DNA of 64,000 bases, from positions 9,099,627 through 9,163,626 of the forward strand of contig MU058423.1 of NCBI GenBank assembly GCA_013265495.1, written 5' to 3'. Position numbers and translations under genes: made by a program. Below the pieces are notes generated by a model. That model worked only from the letters and a program-made list of their open reading frames with translations. It did no database searches and had not been told where the DNA came from. Below are positions 1-13,895 of the stretch, piece by piece; positions within the stretch are counted from its first letter, which is position 1; every line of letters starts with the position of its first letter. Origin of the DNA: Vicugna vicugna. Taxonomy: Eukaryota.

Positions 1-623
1 AGTTACTCTAGGATTAGATAGATGATAATAAACTTGTTGACAGTACTTCTGTGGATATATATTGCATAGAGAGTCTATTGAGTGGATGTAGTTTGTGGAT
101 CTGAAAAAGAAATTTTGTGTATGCATAAAGGAAGGGAATATGATTTTTCTGGTTGTAAACATTCCAAGTATTCTAACATTAGTTCACATTTAAAATTTTT
201 CAAATGAAATCGCTCATAAATCAATTTGATCATTTGAATTGGTAATTTTTTAATGTGAAAAGTTGTTATAAAATTGATGGTTTGTCGTTCAATAGATGCT
301 GTTTGAGAAAACTCAGGCCATTAAGGGTGTATACTAGGCCAGTAGTAGACATACCAAGTTGTTTATCTCATTTAATCCTCACAACAACTTCTTTTTACAG
401 GAGAGAAAAATTTAGCCTCAGGTTAAAAACCTGACTACTTCCCTATGGAAAAACAAGAATTTAAACTTCAGATCCAGTGTGCTTTCCAAACATCAGTTCA
501 TAAGTTAGAGGCAACCTGTGGAAGATCTTGTGGCTTATGAAGGGAAACTTTAGCTGTACAAGTGACAGTGATAATTCATTTCATGTGACTGTTTCTGATA
601 GTTGGGCATATCTTTTCACACAG

Positions 624-684
624 GAGAGTGAGTATTAGAGTGAGCATTGAACTACAATCAGTTTCTAATCCAGTTCACAGAAAG
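624..684 (+). CDS. SASS6: SASS6 exon 2 (61 nt)
   Basis: cacag|G AGA GTG...AGA AAG|gttggt; [20 protein letters not shown]. Confidence 0.93.
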
Positions 685-3600
685 GTTGGTATTTATTTCT
701 TTTGAAATAATTACTTGTCTTTTTTGGGCCGATATGGTAATTTCTGTACATTATAATTACTGTTGTTCTTTAAGAATGTGAGATCTTTTGTTACGTCCAT
801 TTTGCTTTTTACTTTTGGGCCATTTTGTAACTTGCAGATCTAGGGTGCTAGAATCTGCTAAGACAACACCTGAGAGATTATTGTACCGTGTATTTCTAAA
901 GCACGCAAGAATTGGGGTTTGGGACAGCAGTCTCCTTTGGTTTGCTCAATGTACTTTTAAGTTGCTAGACTATATATTGCTACTGTGTAGAACTGGCATT
1001 TCACGTTAACGTGAGAACAGAATGAATTGAGGCACTACAGGGAGATACTCTTCAATCTTTGACTTTTGAAGAGAGACACTTAAAACATCAGTCTTATATG
1101 ATCTTCAGAAGTATGAGTCGTTAACAGAGCATGGGCATAGAATAGAGGGCTGAGAGTCTGTTTTCTCCGTGTCATAGCTTTCCCTAAACATATTCAGGGA
1201 CCTAATAGTATTAGTAGCAGCTTCAGGTTTTTATAGCATTTCAGTGGGTTTCAAGAAATACTTAAATAGAAGCTACTTTAAGAACAGGGCATTCTGAGGC
1301 AGAGCAAATTGCCAAGTTTCCAGGGTAAAGATTATGTATTTTATTTCTTACATGTTATTCCTTATGCCTGCTGTACCTCTTCATTTTTTTGTTCTACTCA
1401 TAAGTGGTTTAGATTTTTCTAGGACCCTAGCAGTTCCTCAGTAGCTACAAATAGATTTTATTTCAAAGTAGAAACTTATTCTTAACCTGAATGCTTATTT
1501 CTTTATTAGTCCTTCATTATCTTATAGCTGTGCCTGTGTTCCTTGCGCTGCTGTTCTCGGAAGTACATAATTTCTGTGTACTTTTCTGCCAGTTTTAGCT
1601 CCTGTGATGATCTGCCATATGGTAAATTTAACTACCTGGAAAGTGGCCTCTGTGAAGGGTATTCATTTCATTTAAAACTGGAAACAGATGGAGTTCCACA
1701 TCAGAGGCCACCTGGGGTGGGAGAGAACAGGCTCTTAGGAAGAAGCCCTGGCAGCCTGTCACCTGACACCCCTGTCCTCTGTCTGAGAGACAAATGCTCC
1801 TTTCCTGTCTAGGGGGTGGGTGACTGTCATTTCTGCTGATGTATTTGCCACTTTTGAAATACCAGACAATTGACTTGAGAGAAACTGAAAATATAATCGA
1901 ATATGATACAGTCAGTGGTAAAGAGTATTTCTGTCATGGTGTCATAGTGCAGCAAGGGCTAGGTCTGAATTTTCCTAAGCCTCTGATAGAGTGATACTCC
2001 TCACCTTTCCACTCTTAGCATTTAATTAATTTTTGTGGACTCCCCTTGCCCATGTGGCTCTCAGGGAGCAGAAATATCTACCCCTGTTAAAGATGCTAAG
2101 TCTCTAAAGACCAATGAAAACCCAGCAGCACCAGAAAGCAAAGTCATCTGAACTATAGCAGTGATGTGTTGATGTTCATTGGAGGATTTCACTTCCAGGA
2201 AGAAATTACTCTAAAAGCCAAATCTACTGGAAATGTTAAAAAATAACAATCTTTCTTTTAGGATTTGGTTATCCGTCTGACTGATGATACTGATCCTTTT
2301 TTTCTGTATAACCTTGTTATATCTGAGGAAGATTTTCAGAGGTAACTAAGTTTATTTTTCTGGTCTTTAATCTAGGAATAAGTTATGTTTTTAAGTTTTA
2401 TGAATGTATCAATACTGTTCTCTTTGAAACACATACCTATTAGGAACGTTTAGGTATTTTGGAAACTGAAATATTTATACTGTGATTATTCAGAATGTTT
2501 TTGAAAATAAATATTTCATATATTATCAGAGTTCTGCTTAAAGCAGCTCAGAGATTTGGAACTTTGGCTAAATTTATTGACCTTTTCCTCCTACTGAATA
2601 AAATCTAAAAATAACAAAGTTCTGTGGCTTAGTTCTTGATTATAATGGGTATTCAGTAAATTTAAAAAAACTTTCAAGGTGTTGATTATAATTAAATACA
2701 GTAATTAAAATTAAAAAAAATCTTGTTTCATGTCTTCTGTATAGTTTAAAATTCCAGCAAGGTCTTCTGGTTGACTTCTTAGCTTTCCCACAAAAATTCA
2801 TAGATCTCCTTCAGCAGTGTACTCAAGAGCAAGCCAAAGAAATTCCAAGGTAAGTCTCAGGAGAGCAGTACATCATTAAACTTCTCTCAAGACAAGCTCG
2901 GTTCTTAGACAAGTTATAGCAAAATATTTTCTATCTATTATAAGTACCTCTGTCTATTTTTTAAGTTGTAGTGAGAGCTTCATAAATCTCACATTTATAA
3001 AATGAGGAATATTTACCCCTTAATTTTTATGTCTTCACAAAGCCGTCAAAGTTACCTAAAATATTTAACAGCATCAAGTATATTTTTTCCAAAGGTTACT
3101 TACCAATTATAGTTATTATAAAATATTGGCTATCTTCCCTGTGTTTTATAGTATATCTTTGTAGCTTATTGTATACATAACAGTTTGTACCTCTTAATCA
3201 CGTGCCTCTGTATTGCTCCTCCCCTTTCTCTCTCCCCACTAGTTTGTTCTGTATATCTGTGAGTCTGTTTCTTTTTTTATGTTCACTAGTTTGCTGTATT
3301 TTTTAGATTCTACATATAAGTGGTATCATACAGTATTTATCTTTCTCTGTCTGACTTATTTCACTTAGTGTAATACCCTCCACATCCATCCATGTTGTTG
3401 CAACTGGCAAATTTTTATTATTTTTTATGGCTGAGTATTATTGCGTTTTGTATATATATACCACATCTTCCTTATCCATCTGTCTGTTGATGGACATTTA
3501 GGTTGCTTCCATATCTTGGCAATTGTAAATAATGCTGACTAATGATGACTGTAGCTCTGTAGTGTAGTCTGAATTTAGGGAGCATGATTCCTCCAGCTCT

Positions 3601-6600
3601 GTTCTTTTTTCTCAAAATTGTTTTGATTCTTCGGGGTCTTTTATGTTTCTATACTAACTTTAAAATTATTTGTTCTAGTTATGTGAAAAATGCCATCAGT
3701 ATTTTGATACGGATTGTGTTGAATTTGTAGATTGCCTTGGGAAGTATGGTCATTTTAACAATATTAATTCTTCCAATCCCTGAACAGGATATGTCTTTCC
3801 ATGTGTTTGTTGTCTTCAGTTTCTTTTTATCAATGTCTTATAGTTTTCTGAGTACAGCTCTTTTCCCTCCTTAGATAGGTTTATTCCTAGAAATTTTATT
3901 CTTTTTGATGTGATGGTAAATAGGATGGCTTCCTTAGTTTCTCTTTCTGATAGTTTTTTGTTAGTGTTCAGAGTATGTTTTTATTTAAAAAAACATGTTT
4001 TTATAATGAATTTGGAAGAGAGGAATAAGGTTTTGTGTGTGTGTGTATGTGTGTATCCATATTTGTGTAGTGCTAACACCTGAACCTTGCACTGTTAAGT
4101 TCTCCACCCTCTTATCTATTAGTTTCATCAATTGATGTTTGTTGTTACTTCATTAGGAACTACAAAATTATGCTTTTCGAATTCCATTATTCTTCTAGTA
4201 TTTATTAGGTATAATTCTTTTATAAAGAAGAACTTTCCCTCATCAGTTAGAGCTATTTGATTACTCCGAAAGTTCATATAGGAAAGGAAAAATGCTTAAT
4301 TCTTACTTTTAAATTGTCAATTTTCAGAGTAAGGAGTGGTTACTGTCGTGGTTTCCATGTGTTTTTGGTTTGTTTTCATTTTAAGTCTTGCTTTCTCTCT
4401 CGCCTCATCTGTCTCTTCATTGTGAACTCATGGACATTTATATATTTACTGTGTTTCAGTCCACAGATAAATGTCCATTTTACTCTTTATATTAATTAGT
4501 CCAGTTTTACCATTGGGAGTACTTTCATATTGGCCCCTATGATTCCAATAAGCCCCTTTTCTGATCCTTCTAATCATTGATGATGATCCAGTGAAAAGCT
4601 CAACGATTCAGTAGGAGAGTTTCACGACTTCGTAAATGTGTTATGTGGCACTTTCTTTTCAAAGGTTTTTGCTACAGTTAGTTTCTCCAGCAGCTATTTT
4701 GGAAAACTCGCCTGCCTTTCTAAATGTGGTGGAGACAAATCCTTTTAAGCATCTCACACACCTCTCACTAAAACTTTTACCTGGAAATGATGTGGAAATA
4801 AAGAAGTTTTTAGCAGACTGTTTGAAGTGTAGCAAGGTAAGACTTAAGTTTGTTGTTCTTTTTTTTCTTTTAAGTTGTTCTTTTAAAATAAAATAAGTCC
4901 CAAAGGTCTCTGATAAACCGCTGAAGAGCTATATTGCTATTAGATTTTGTTTTCTGAATAAAGTTTTTTTAAAAGATGCCCAGGAAATTTTTATAGCATA
5001 TAATGACTTTATTTTATTTTATTTTTATCTAGTCATGGCACAACAGGATAGAAATGGACCAGGATTGGGAAACTTAGGTGCCAGGTTTCTACTAGCTTTT
5101 TGTGACCTTGGGCAGGTCACTTAAACTCTTGGTGTCTTGGTTTCATCAGCTGGTAGATATGTATGGAAATATCTACCCTATCTGGCCTATTTTAAAGGAG
5201 ATAAAATATATGAAAGTGTCTGGAAGATTACAAAGTGCTCTAAAATTGTTTAAGGTATATTGCACAAGGAAATAACATTGGGACGCCTTGTAGGAGTTTT
5301 CAGAAAGTCCTTTTAGTTGAATGCTATAGATCAGTGCATCTCAAAATTTAGTGGTTAGGCAAATCTTCCGGGCATCTTACTTGTGAAGATTCTAACTCGG
5401 AAGGTTTGAGGTGGAGCCTGAGATTCTGCCTTCCTAATGAACTCCCAGGGCGGGGCTGATGCTGTATTTTGCTGCACTTTGGGTAGCACAGCTACAGATG
5501 ATTAAATTGTAAGCTGCATAATTGTATTATTTTTGTAAATAGGAAGAAAAATTATCATTGACCCAATCACTAGATGATGTTACCAGGCAACTGAATTTCA
5601 CACAAAAGGTAATTCACATTTCATTTTCTCTTTGTAAGACATCCAAACATAGGCTCTGAATTGCTTTTTGAATCAAATCTAGGCATTTGTGGGTTTTTTT
5701 TTTTTTTCCAAATCATGCTTCCAAGGAATTCCCTTTCCTTTTTGATACCTTTACTGTACCAGTTAATTATCTCAACCTGGTGCTTTTTCTCCTTGATAAT
5801 GAATTCTGTCCAAACATTTCTGTTATCCCCAATATGCGACACGCTCCCTCCAAGTCTTCATTAAATAAGGTAATATATAGGATCTGTCATTTGTTAGTTC
5901 TCTGCTTCTCTTTTATTCACCTCGTTCCTCTTGTCTAAATGGCTTTTCAGTTCCTTCTTCTAAATCTTTCCCTTCCTTCCTTCTGTTAAGCATTGCCTTA
6001 ATCCCTCTGATAGGCTTATCATCATTTCATTCATAGCTACTCCTTGAAATTGAGGACCAAAGTATCTGATAAGCTGCATGACTTCAGGCAGAAAATTGTC
6101 CTGCACAGCATGGCACCTCTTGGGATCCGACATAACTAGGTTTTACGTGCAGGAGTAAACTACAGTTGACCCTTGAACAACACAGGGGTTAGGTGCGCCT
6201 ACCCACTGTGTGGTTGAAGATCCTCGGGTAGTCAGCCCTCCATGTCTGTGGTTTTGCCTGCTCGGGTTCAGCCGACTTTGGCACTGTAGTATGTATTTAT
6301 TGAAAAAAATCTGAGGATAAGTGTACTTGTACATTTCAAACCTGTGTTGTCCAAAGGTCACCTGTACTGTTTATGACTGACTTGCTCTACCCTGGGTTGC
6401 TTTATTTCTTAATGCCAGAGGAGAGAATTGGGTGGTAAAGAGCCAGATTTAACTAAAAGATTAGTAATAGTTTAGCTGTGGACCATTTTAGCTCTAAAAT
6501 TGCTTTTATTCTGATCTTGATTTCTTCAAATTCAAATAGTTTCTATAGGAAAAGGCTTTGAGTATGTCTTAAAAAGCTGTGATTCCATTTTCTTTTATAT

Positions 6601-9600
6601 CCTTTACAAATATTGCCATGTTCTAATTAACATATTCAAGAGTTTTAATATTTTGTGTTGAATTCTAATACAGACATTATCGGAAAAAATTCAAGAATTA
6701 GATAAATTACGTAACGAATGGGCATCACACACAGCAGCGTTGTCAAATAAGCACTCCCAGGAACTGACGAACGAGAAGGAGAAGGCTTTGCAGGTATGAA
6801 CATTAAAAAAAACTGGAAAAATATTTTGTTATTGCTGTTAGTCATCTTGTTAATTATAAGAGTAATATATGCTTGCTTTAAAATTTTCAAACAGTGCAGA
6901 AGTATGTAAAAATTGTCTCTCTTTAAGTCTTATTACCCAGAGATAATTTATAACCACTTTGATACTTGTTTTTCCATATTTTTCTCTATATATGTAAATA
7001 ACATATAACTTATAAATAGTTGTTTATATTTATAAATGTAGAAATATGTATATTGTATATAGTTATAGATAAGTACAACACATATTTGAGTTTTGGTTTT
7101 GTTCTAAGATAATAAGGTCCTACTGGATATATTGACTGTAACTTTTTCACCTCACATGACATCATTCTTTAACAGTTCAGAAGTGGCTGCGTAGCATTCA
7201 TTATTTGGGTATGTCATAAATTACTTAACTGCTTACCCAGCTGGTGGACATTTAATGCTTCAAATTTTGGTTATTGCAAATAATGCTTCAGTGAACGTTC
7301 TTTGTTCCTAGACGTGAGACTGCAGTATATATGTACCTGTCTGGCTTCCAAAGAGTGCTAAGTCACATGAAGTGACTTTTGGGGATTTAATCAAATAATC
7401 ATATCATGTTTTTCACCTTAATAATGTAATGAGTGACAATAATTTCCAAATGTGGAACCCTGTTTAAATTCACAGAATATATTTAGCCAAAGAGATTTTT
7501 ACTATTCTGTTGAATCAGTTTGCAAATATTTAATTTAGGATGTTGCATATATATATTCATAGGTGATACTGATCTGAGATTACCCTTTTTCTGAACCCTG
7601 TGTTAGTCTGCTAATTAAAATGATGGGTTCTGGACTATGAATTATCTAGCATTGTGAAAGTTATGAGAACATTTTCCGGTTTTCTCTACGCTTTGGAACA
7701 GCCAAATAACGAGGAATTATCTGTTCCTTGGAGGCCTGATAGAATTAGCCTTTTATCATATGAGTCCGGTATTTTTTTGAGGCATTTATTTTGAGGGGTT
7801 TTTTTTCCCCATTTCCTTCATGATTATTGGTCTGTTCAGATTTTCTATCGTTCCTTTCCCTGAGTTATTTATGTTAGCTTGTATTTCCTTAGAAAGCCAA
7901 GTATTTCATCTCTGTTTTAAATGTATTAGTACAATGTCATACATACTGTCTTAAGATTTTTAAAATCTTCATACCATTTCTCTTATGTTCTTAATTTGTT
8001 TTGTCTTTTAAGGGACAAAGACTTTAAAACCAGGCAGGCCACTCTTCTCTTCCTGCTGATAAATATTCTATAGGGCAGTGATTTTAAGACTTTAAAGACC
8101 AGTGATTTTAAGTGTGCATCACAATCACCTGAAGTGAACAGAGTAGAAAATGTAAATGTTGTAATCCTATCCATTACACTTTTTTTTTAAACAAGAAGTC
8201 CAAAATTCTAATGATCACTAGTATAAAGCCAGTTCTTCATTTTATAGCCTTTGGCCTCTGTTGCCTTCAGTATGTGTGAGTACCCTCAAACAGGTACAGT
8301 TAGCATGTTTACCAAGGTTGCATTTTCAGTTTTATATGGGCTCTTTCCTATTAATTTGTGATTTCTTTCTTGTATCTTTAAGAAAACATAACTTTTATAA
8401 TCAGAAAAATATTCATTTTAAAATGTGTTTAGGATTTGATAGTGTTCGTCAACAGAAATTACTAAGATAAGTTTGTGGTACTATTCAGACAGATTGTAGT
8501 TACAACCATGTTCAGATTTTACTGTTGGTAAAATGTAACAACTAAGTATAAGACTGAACTAATGAACAGTATCTTGTCAATTTTACAAGTTTAGGTGTTT
8601 TTTTCATTAGAAAACATATATACTGGTTGTAAAAAACTGAAACAGTGTAATGTTGTTTAAAGCAGTTACTCAAAGTTCCTTACGTGCCTGCTCATTTGTT
8701 TTTTCACACAAATAGATTCACACTACATATACTATTTTGCAGTTTGTTTTTTTGAAAACTTAATCATTTATCATTCTTCCTTTAACTTGAAGACTATTAC
8801 TTCTAAACATATGTGGATTTAGGAGAAATAGAAATTATGAACAAAATCATAGTGGTAAATTTGCCTTTGTTGACCTTACTGTGTGGTTCATGAAATCTGT
8901 AGTTGAAAATAGATCCTCTTAAAAAGAGGGAAATCTTATGAAGAAGAATAATTAAGTTTTTTTTTCCTTAAAATCTTCTCATACTTTACTTGTTTCCGGT
9001 TTTTTCTTTGAATTTTGGTGCTATATTTTATTATAAAATAGACACAGGTTCAGTACCAACAGCAGCATGAACAACAGAAAAAAGATTTAGAAATCCTCCA
9101 TCAACGAAACGTCCAGCAGCTGCAGAACAGACTGTCTGAGTTAGAATCGGCTAATAAAGACCTGACTGAAAGGAAATACAAAGGAGACGCCACCATCAGA
9201 GAGCTCAAAACAAAACTGTCTGGTGTTGAGGAGGTATTGGCTGTTGTTGTGTTTGGTCTTTTTTCCCCCCCAAATTTAAGAGCATGTTTTACTTTGGTTA
9301 CTTATTGCTCATGTGGATGGTGCCCCTCTGGATGTTCTGCAGGGATCTCTTGTGGTCTTAGGGTGGTCAGTTCAAAGACTAGCAAAAAAAATTGAGAATC
9401 TGAAATCTAGTTAAATGGGCTAATTTAGAACAGAACTAAGGTAAAGTTGGATCTTTTTGGTTCGGTTCTTGAGGAGCAGCTCATCGGCACAGCCCTCAGA
9501 TTCTTCAGTGTACTTTTAATGTCAGCGCAGTGTCTGGAGCTCAGGGTGCTCAGTGTTGACAGGGCTGGGTCTTTCAGCCTGCTCAACGTATCGCACCGCT

Positions 9601-12600
9601 ATGGAGTTTACTGTCTAGTAATAATGATAATAACACAGTAACGATAATAGTTTATGCTTACCGAACGCTGTTTTAAGTGCTTTGCATAGATTAACTCATT
9701 TAATTAGAACAATTATTTTAAAGAAGGTAATGTTATTATCCCCACTATACAAATGATGAAACTAAGGCACAGAGAGGTTAAGTAACTTGTCTAAGTTTGC
9801 ATAGCCAATAAGCAGAAGAGTGAGGATAGGAACCCTCTATTATCTGCCTATCTCTAGTACTACCTTGTTCTTTTAGGCAACAAATTTAAAAAATCTTAGT
9901 AGTACTTTTATTGATGCTTTGGCACTGATGATAAACTCCTTACAAGCACTGTCATACATTATTGTCCTATGAGTTGTTAGAAGACATATATATAGTTTTG
10001 TTATGTCTATCATATTTAAATATAAAGATCAGCCGTATTCTAACTCAAAAGACATCCAACTCCCTTTCAGCAGTCTGTTATGCTTAGAAACTCTAAAGCC
10101 TGACTGATTTTGTGTTCAGATCCTCTTAGCATTCTGCCCAACGATAGGTGTCTTCAGTCCCTCCTCCCTACTCCCTTCACCTTTCATGCCAGTTAGTTAG
10201 TTAGTAAACAGTTCAGCTGCCATAGTACATTGCACAGTGAATGCTTCACTGTGATGCTCTGTGGTTTCTTCTTTTTTAGCCCTGAAAGTGACCAGTGTAT
10301 AAACGTGTGGTTTGTTACATTGATTTTCATATAATTTAATCAAATAGTTCTTCCAGGGTTTTCAAAAGACTTTCAAATTATGAGTCCTGGGAACTTTCCT
10401 TTTTTAACTTTTGAGTATTGTTACCTAATTATATTAAAGTATACCTTTTAAATGTTAGTGCCCTAAAAATAATAATTACTGTCATTTATTAGGTATTTAC
10501 TATGTATCAGCTATATGCTACGTAGTTTACGTAAGGGTTTTTGTGAAGATGAAATGAATTAATTTCTGAAGTGTTATTTCTGTTTTACAAACTAGGGAAC
10601 TGAAAATTAAGGATGTTAAGTAATTCCCAAGATCACACAGTGGAGCCAGGTTTTGCATTTATCTGTTGTTAGCACTTCTAAAACTACTTGGTATAATAGT
10701 GCTTCTAAAACCCCTATGTTATAATACTATTAAAGTATTTTGTAAATTTTCTATTAAAAATGAAAACTAACTAGGAATACTACATAGTGGACTTTAGTAT
10801 ACTGGCAACATTTGGGCTGGTATTAACTGATTGAGATGTGATCTAGTCTAGATTTTTACACAGTCGATTTTTAATTAACAATTATTGTTTGCTTTTGCTT
10901 TAAAGCTTGAACCAAAAGGAAATCCAGAGTGTTAACATATTTGTTGAAGTGAAAAGATATTTGTAGTATATTCTATGAAGAAAATTATAAAACTGCACTA
11001 TATAGTCCCTTTAAAAAAGTAAATCTGTATAGATAAGCAGGAGAGAAAAATGTTAACTCTAGATTATGGCTCTCACCCTTGGCTACCCTTCGAGTCAGTT
11101 GGAGAGCTCAGATCACACCTGACAGCAATGAAGGCAGAATCCCTTGGACATGGTACCAGGCATCGGGAGCTGTGAAAGCTTCCCAGGGGATTCCAGCATG
11201 CAGATTAGACGGCGAATCACCACATAGATGGCAGAATGATAGGCTTTATTTGTTTATTTTATGTATTTTGAAATTCTGTTACAATGAGCATTTATTACCT
11301 AAGTGATTTCTTAAAACTGTAAATTTCAGAAAGTTCTTGTTGCTGGTTTTTTAAAGTTGTAGTAATTAATTCATAAATCAGGATTGTTTTATTTTCCCTT
11401 GTTGTGATTGAATTAACACATTTTACAATTATATTCCAAATCTACAAGTCACGTAGACCTTTAGAGAGAGAGACCTTCATGTCCTTTAAAGAACATCAAT
11501 ACTAGACCTTTAAAACTATTAAGGAGACTTTTTCTATTTTAAATATCTTAGTTATAAATAACCAAACCAGTCAACTTCCCTTTTTCATAATGCGTCCTTC
11601 TTTCCGTCCTCTAGGAGCTCCAGCGGGCTAAGCAAGAAGTTCTCTCTTTGCGAAGAGAGAATTCTACACTAGATGCTGAATGCCATGAAAAAGAAAAGCA
11701 TATTAATCAGCTACAAACAAAAGTGGCCGTTTTAGAACAGGAAATCAAGGATAAGGACCAGCTTGTTTTAAGAACAAAAGAAGCATTTGATACAATCCAG
11801 GAACAAAAGGTCTATTTTAAAATTTTCTTAAATTGATGATCATATTTATGAGTGATGCTTTACATAAATAAACACAAATGTCCTAATTATTCATGTTTTT
11901 AAAAATACATGTCAGGTGGCTTTAGAAGAAAATGGTGAGAAAAATCAGGTACAACTAGGAAAACTTGAAGCTACAATAAAATCATTATCAGCTGAACTTC
12001 TTAAGGTTTGTTTTTAAAAGCTTAATAGAATATTAATATTTCATTGGATTATATAGAGATATACATATGAAGCTCTTTTACAGGCAAATGAAATTATCAA
12101 GAAGTTGCAAGGGGATCTAAAGACTCTAATGGGTAAATTGAAACTGAAGAATACAGTAACTATTCAGCAGGAGAAACTCTTGGCTGAGAAGGAAGAAAAA
12201 TTACAAAAGGAACAAAAGGAATTACAAGATGTTGGACAGTCTCTCCGAATTAAAGAGCAAGAAGTAATTAATATTTTATATTTTTTGTTTGTGTAACTAT
12301 TTGCAAAGCATAACAAATTTCCTCAGATATATTTTTTAAATTTCTGCTTTGTTATATTAGAGAATGGCTTTGGCTTTTTTCCCAAAAGAATGTGACTATA
12401 ATGAACAGAACTTAATAACCTATTTCAGTTTGAGAAGTTACTTATCATTACTGAAATACCTCGTTCATATGTATGTGTGCGTGTGTGTATATATGTATAT
12501 GTGTATATGTATAATTATGTGTACATATATAATTTATTACATTGATCAGCTGATTTCTTTCTTATTTAATAATAATAGTAATTAATTACTCAATAGTAAT

Positions 12601-13857
12601 ACATTTCTTCAGTTTTTATTTTAGTCTTTATTATACTTACTATGAGGATTATGTATTTCAGGTATGCAAACTACAAGAACAATTAGAAGCAACTGTTCAG
12701 AAACTTGAAGAAAGCAAACAACTTCTGAAAAATAATGAAAAATGTAAGTATTTTACCTTTTTTATGTAAATGAGGTTTGTAGTTTTATTCTCAACCTGAA
12801 AATTTTATTTGAATTAATAAATCTAGGTAAATCAAGATACTGCTATACACAAATAATCTTTAAATATACCATCTTAATATCTTTGCTATAGTAAATTTTA
12901 TCATCTACCCTATAAAGCATTTACATCATTATAAAAAAAGAACCTATCACATGTATTGTAACCCAAAATTAAAACTTAATAGAATATTAATATTTAATAA
13001 TAATTAAAGATGTTGACAATATTGACTATAATTTGCTATTTAAATTCTTCACTCCTTGTTATAATTGCTGTGTTTAGCTACTAGTAATAATATGAATTAT
13101 TTGAAACAAAAATAATGAGATTAAGCTTTAACTGTTTCTCAGTTTCTAGTATTGATTATCAGAAATAAGAATTTGAACTTTAAATAAACTGTAAAATATC
13201 CTTCTAGAAATGAAAACCTTCAAAGAGATCCTTGACTAGCAGAAATATGTGTTTCTAATCGTAAAAGAGTAAGGAATCCTGTGGCAGTTTCTAAAATAAG
13301 ATCGTTAATGACAGAAATTTAGGTGAATCTATATTATTCTCCTGTGACATAAGGTGGTTTTAAAAACTTTAAAAAATTTCAATAAAACTTTTCAATAGTC
13401 TTCTAAAATTATTAGAAAGATTAAAATATTCAAAATTCTTTAGCTTGATTCTTGTTGTTTTGTTTAAGTAATCACATGGTTAAATAAAGAACTAAATGAA
13501 AATCAGGTAGTGAGAAAGCAAGATGTGTTGGGACCTTCTACCACCTCACCTCTACATTCTGGGAGCAATACCATCAGAAGTGGAATTTCTCCAAACTCCA
13601 ATGTGGTAAGATTTAAATTAAGATGTTGTGAATGTTCTTAGTAAATTTTTGAAAACAAAAATGTTAGGTTCTGGTACTAATATGACTGAAGTTCTAGTTT
13701 TTGATACTGAAGTAGAGTTTAAGTTGCATTTGGAAGTAGGACGTAAAGGTATATTTGTTCTTAACAAAGAAGCTTTTAAAGGCACATTTGTAAGATTTTG
13801 ATGAATATACAAATCATTCAGCATTAACTAAAGTAATGCCAAATGTGCTGAAAAACT

Positions 13858-13895
<38 letters not shown>

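Noticed and set aside
1643..1711. SECIS element (GUGA...AAAA hairpin)
   Set aside because: It is intronic, the UGA-to-AA spacing is too long, there is no matching GA on the 3' side of the core, and neither gene has an in-frame UGA.
11810..11815. Weak donor gtctat as a splice-disrupting mutation
   Set aside because: The GT is intact and preceded by a consensus exonic AAG, and the frame continues correctly into exon 10; there is no sign of pseudogenisation.
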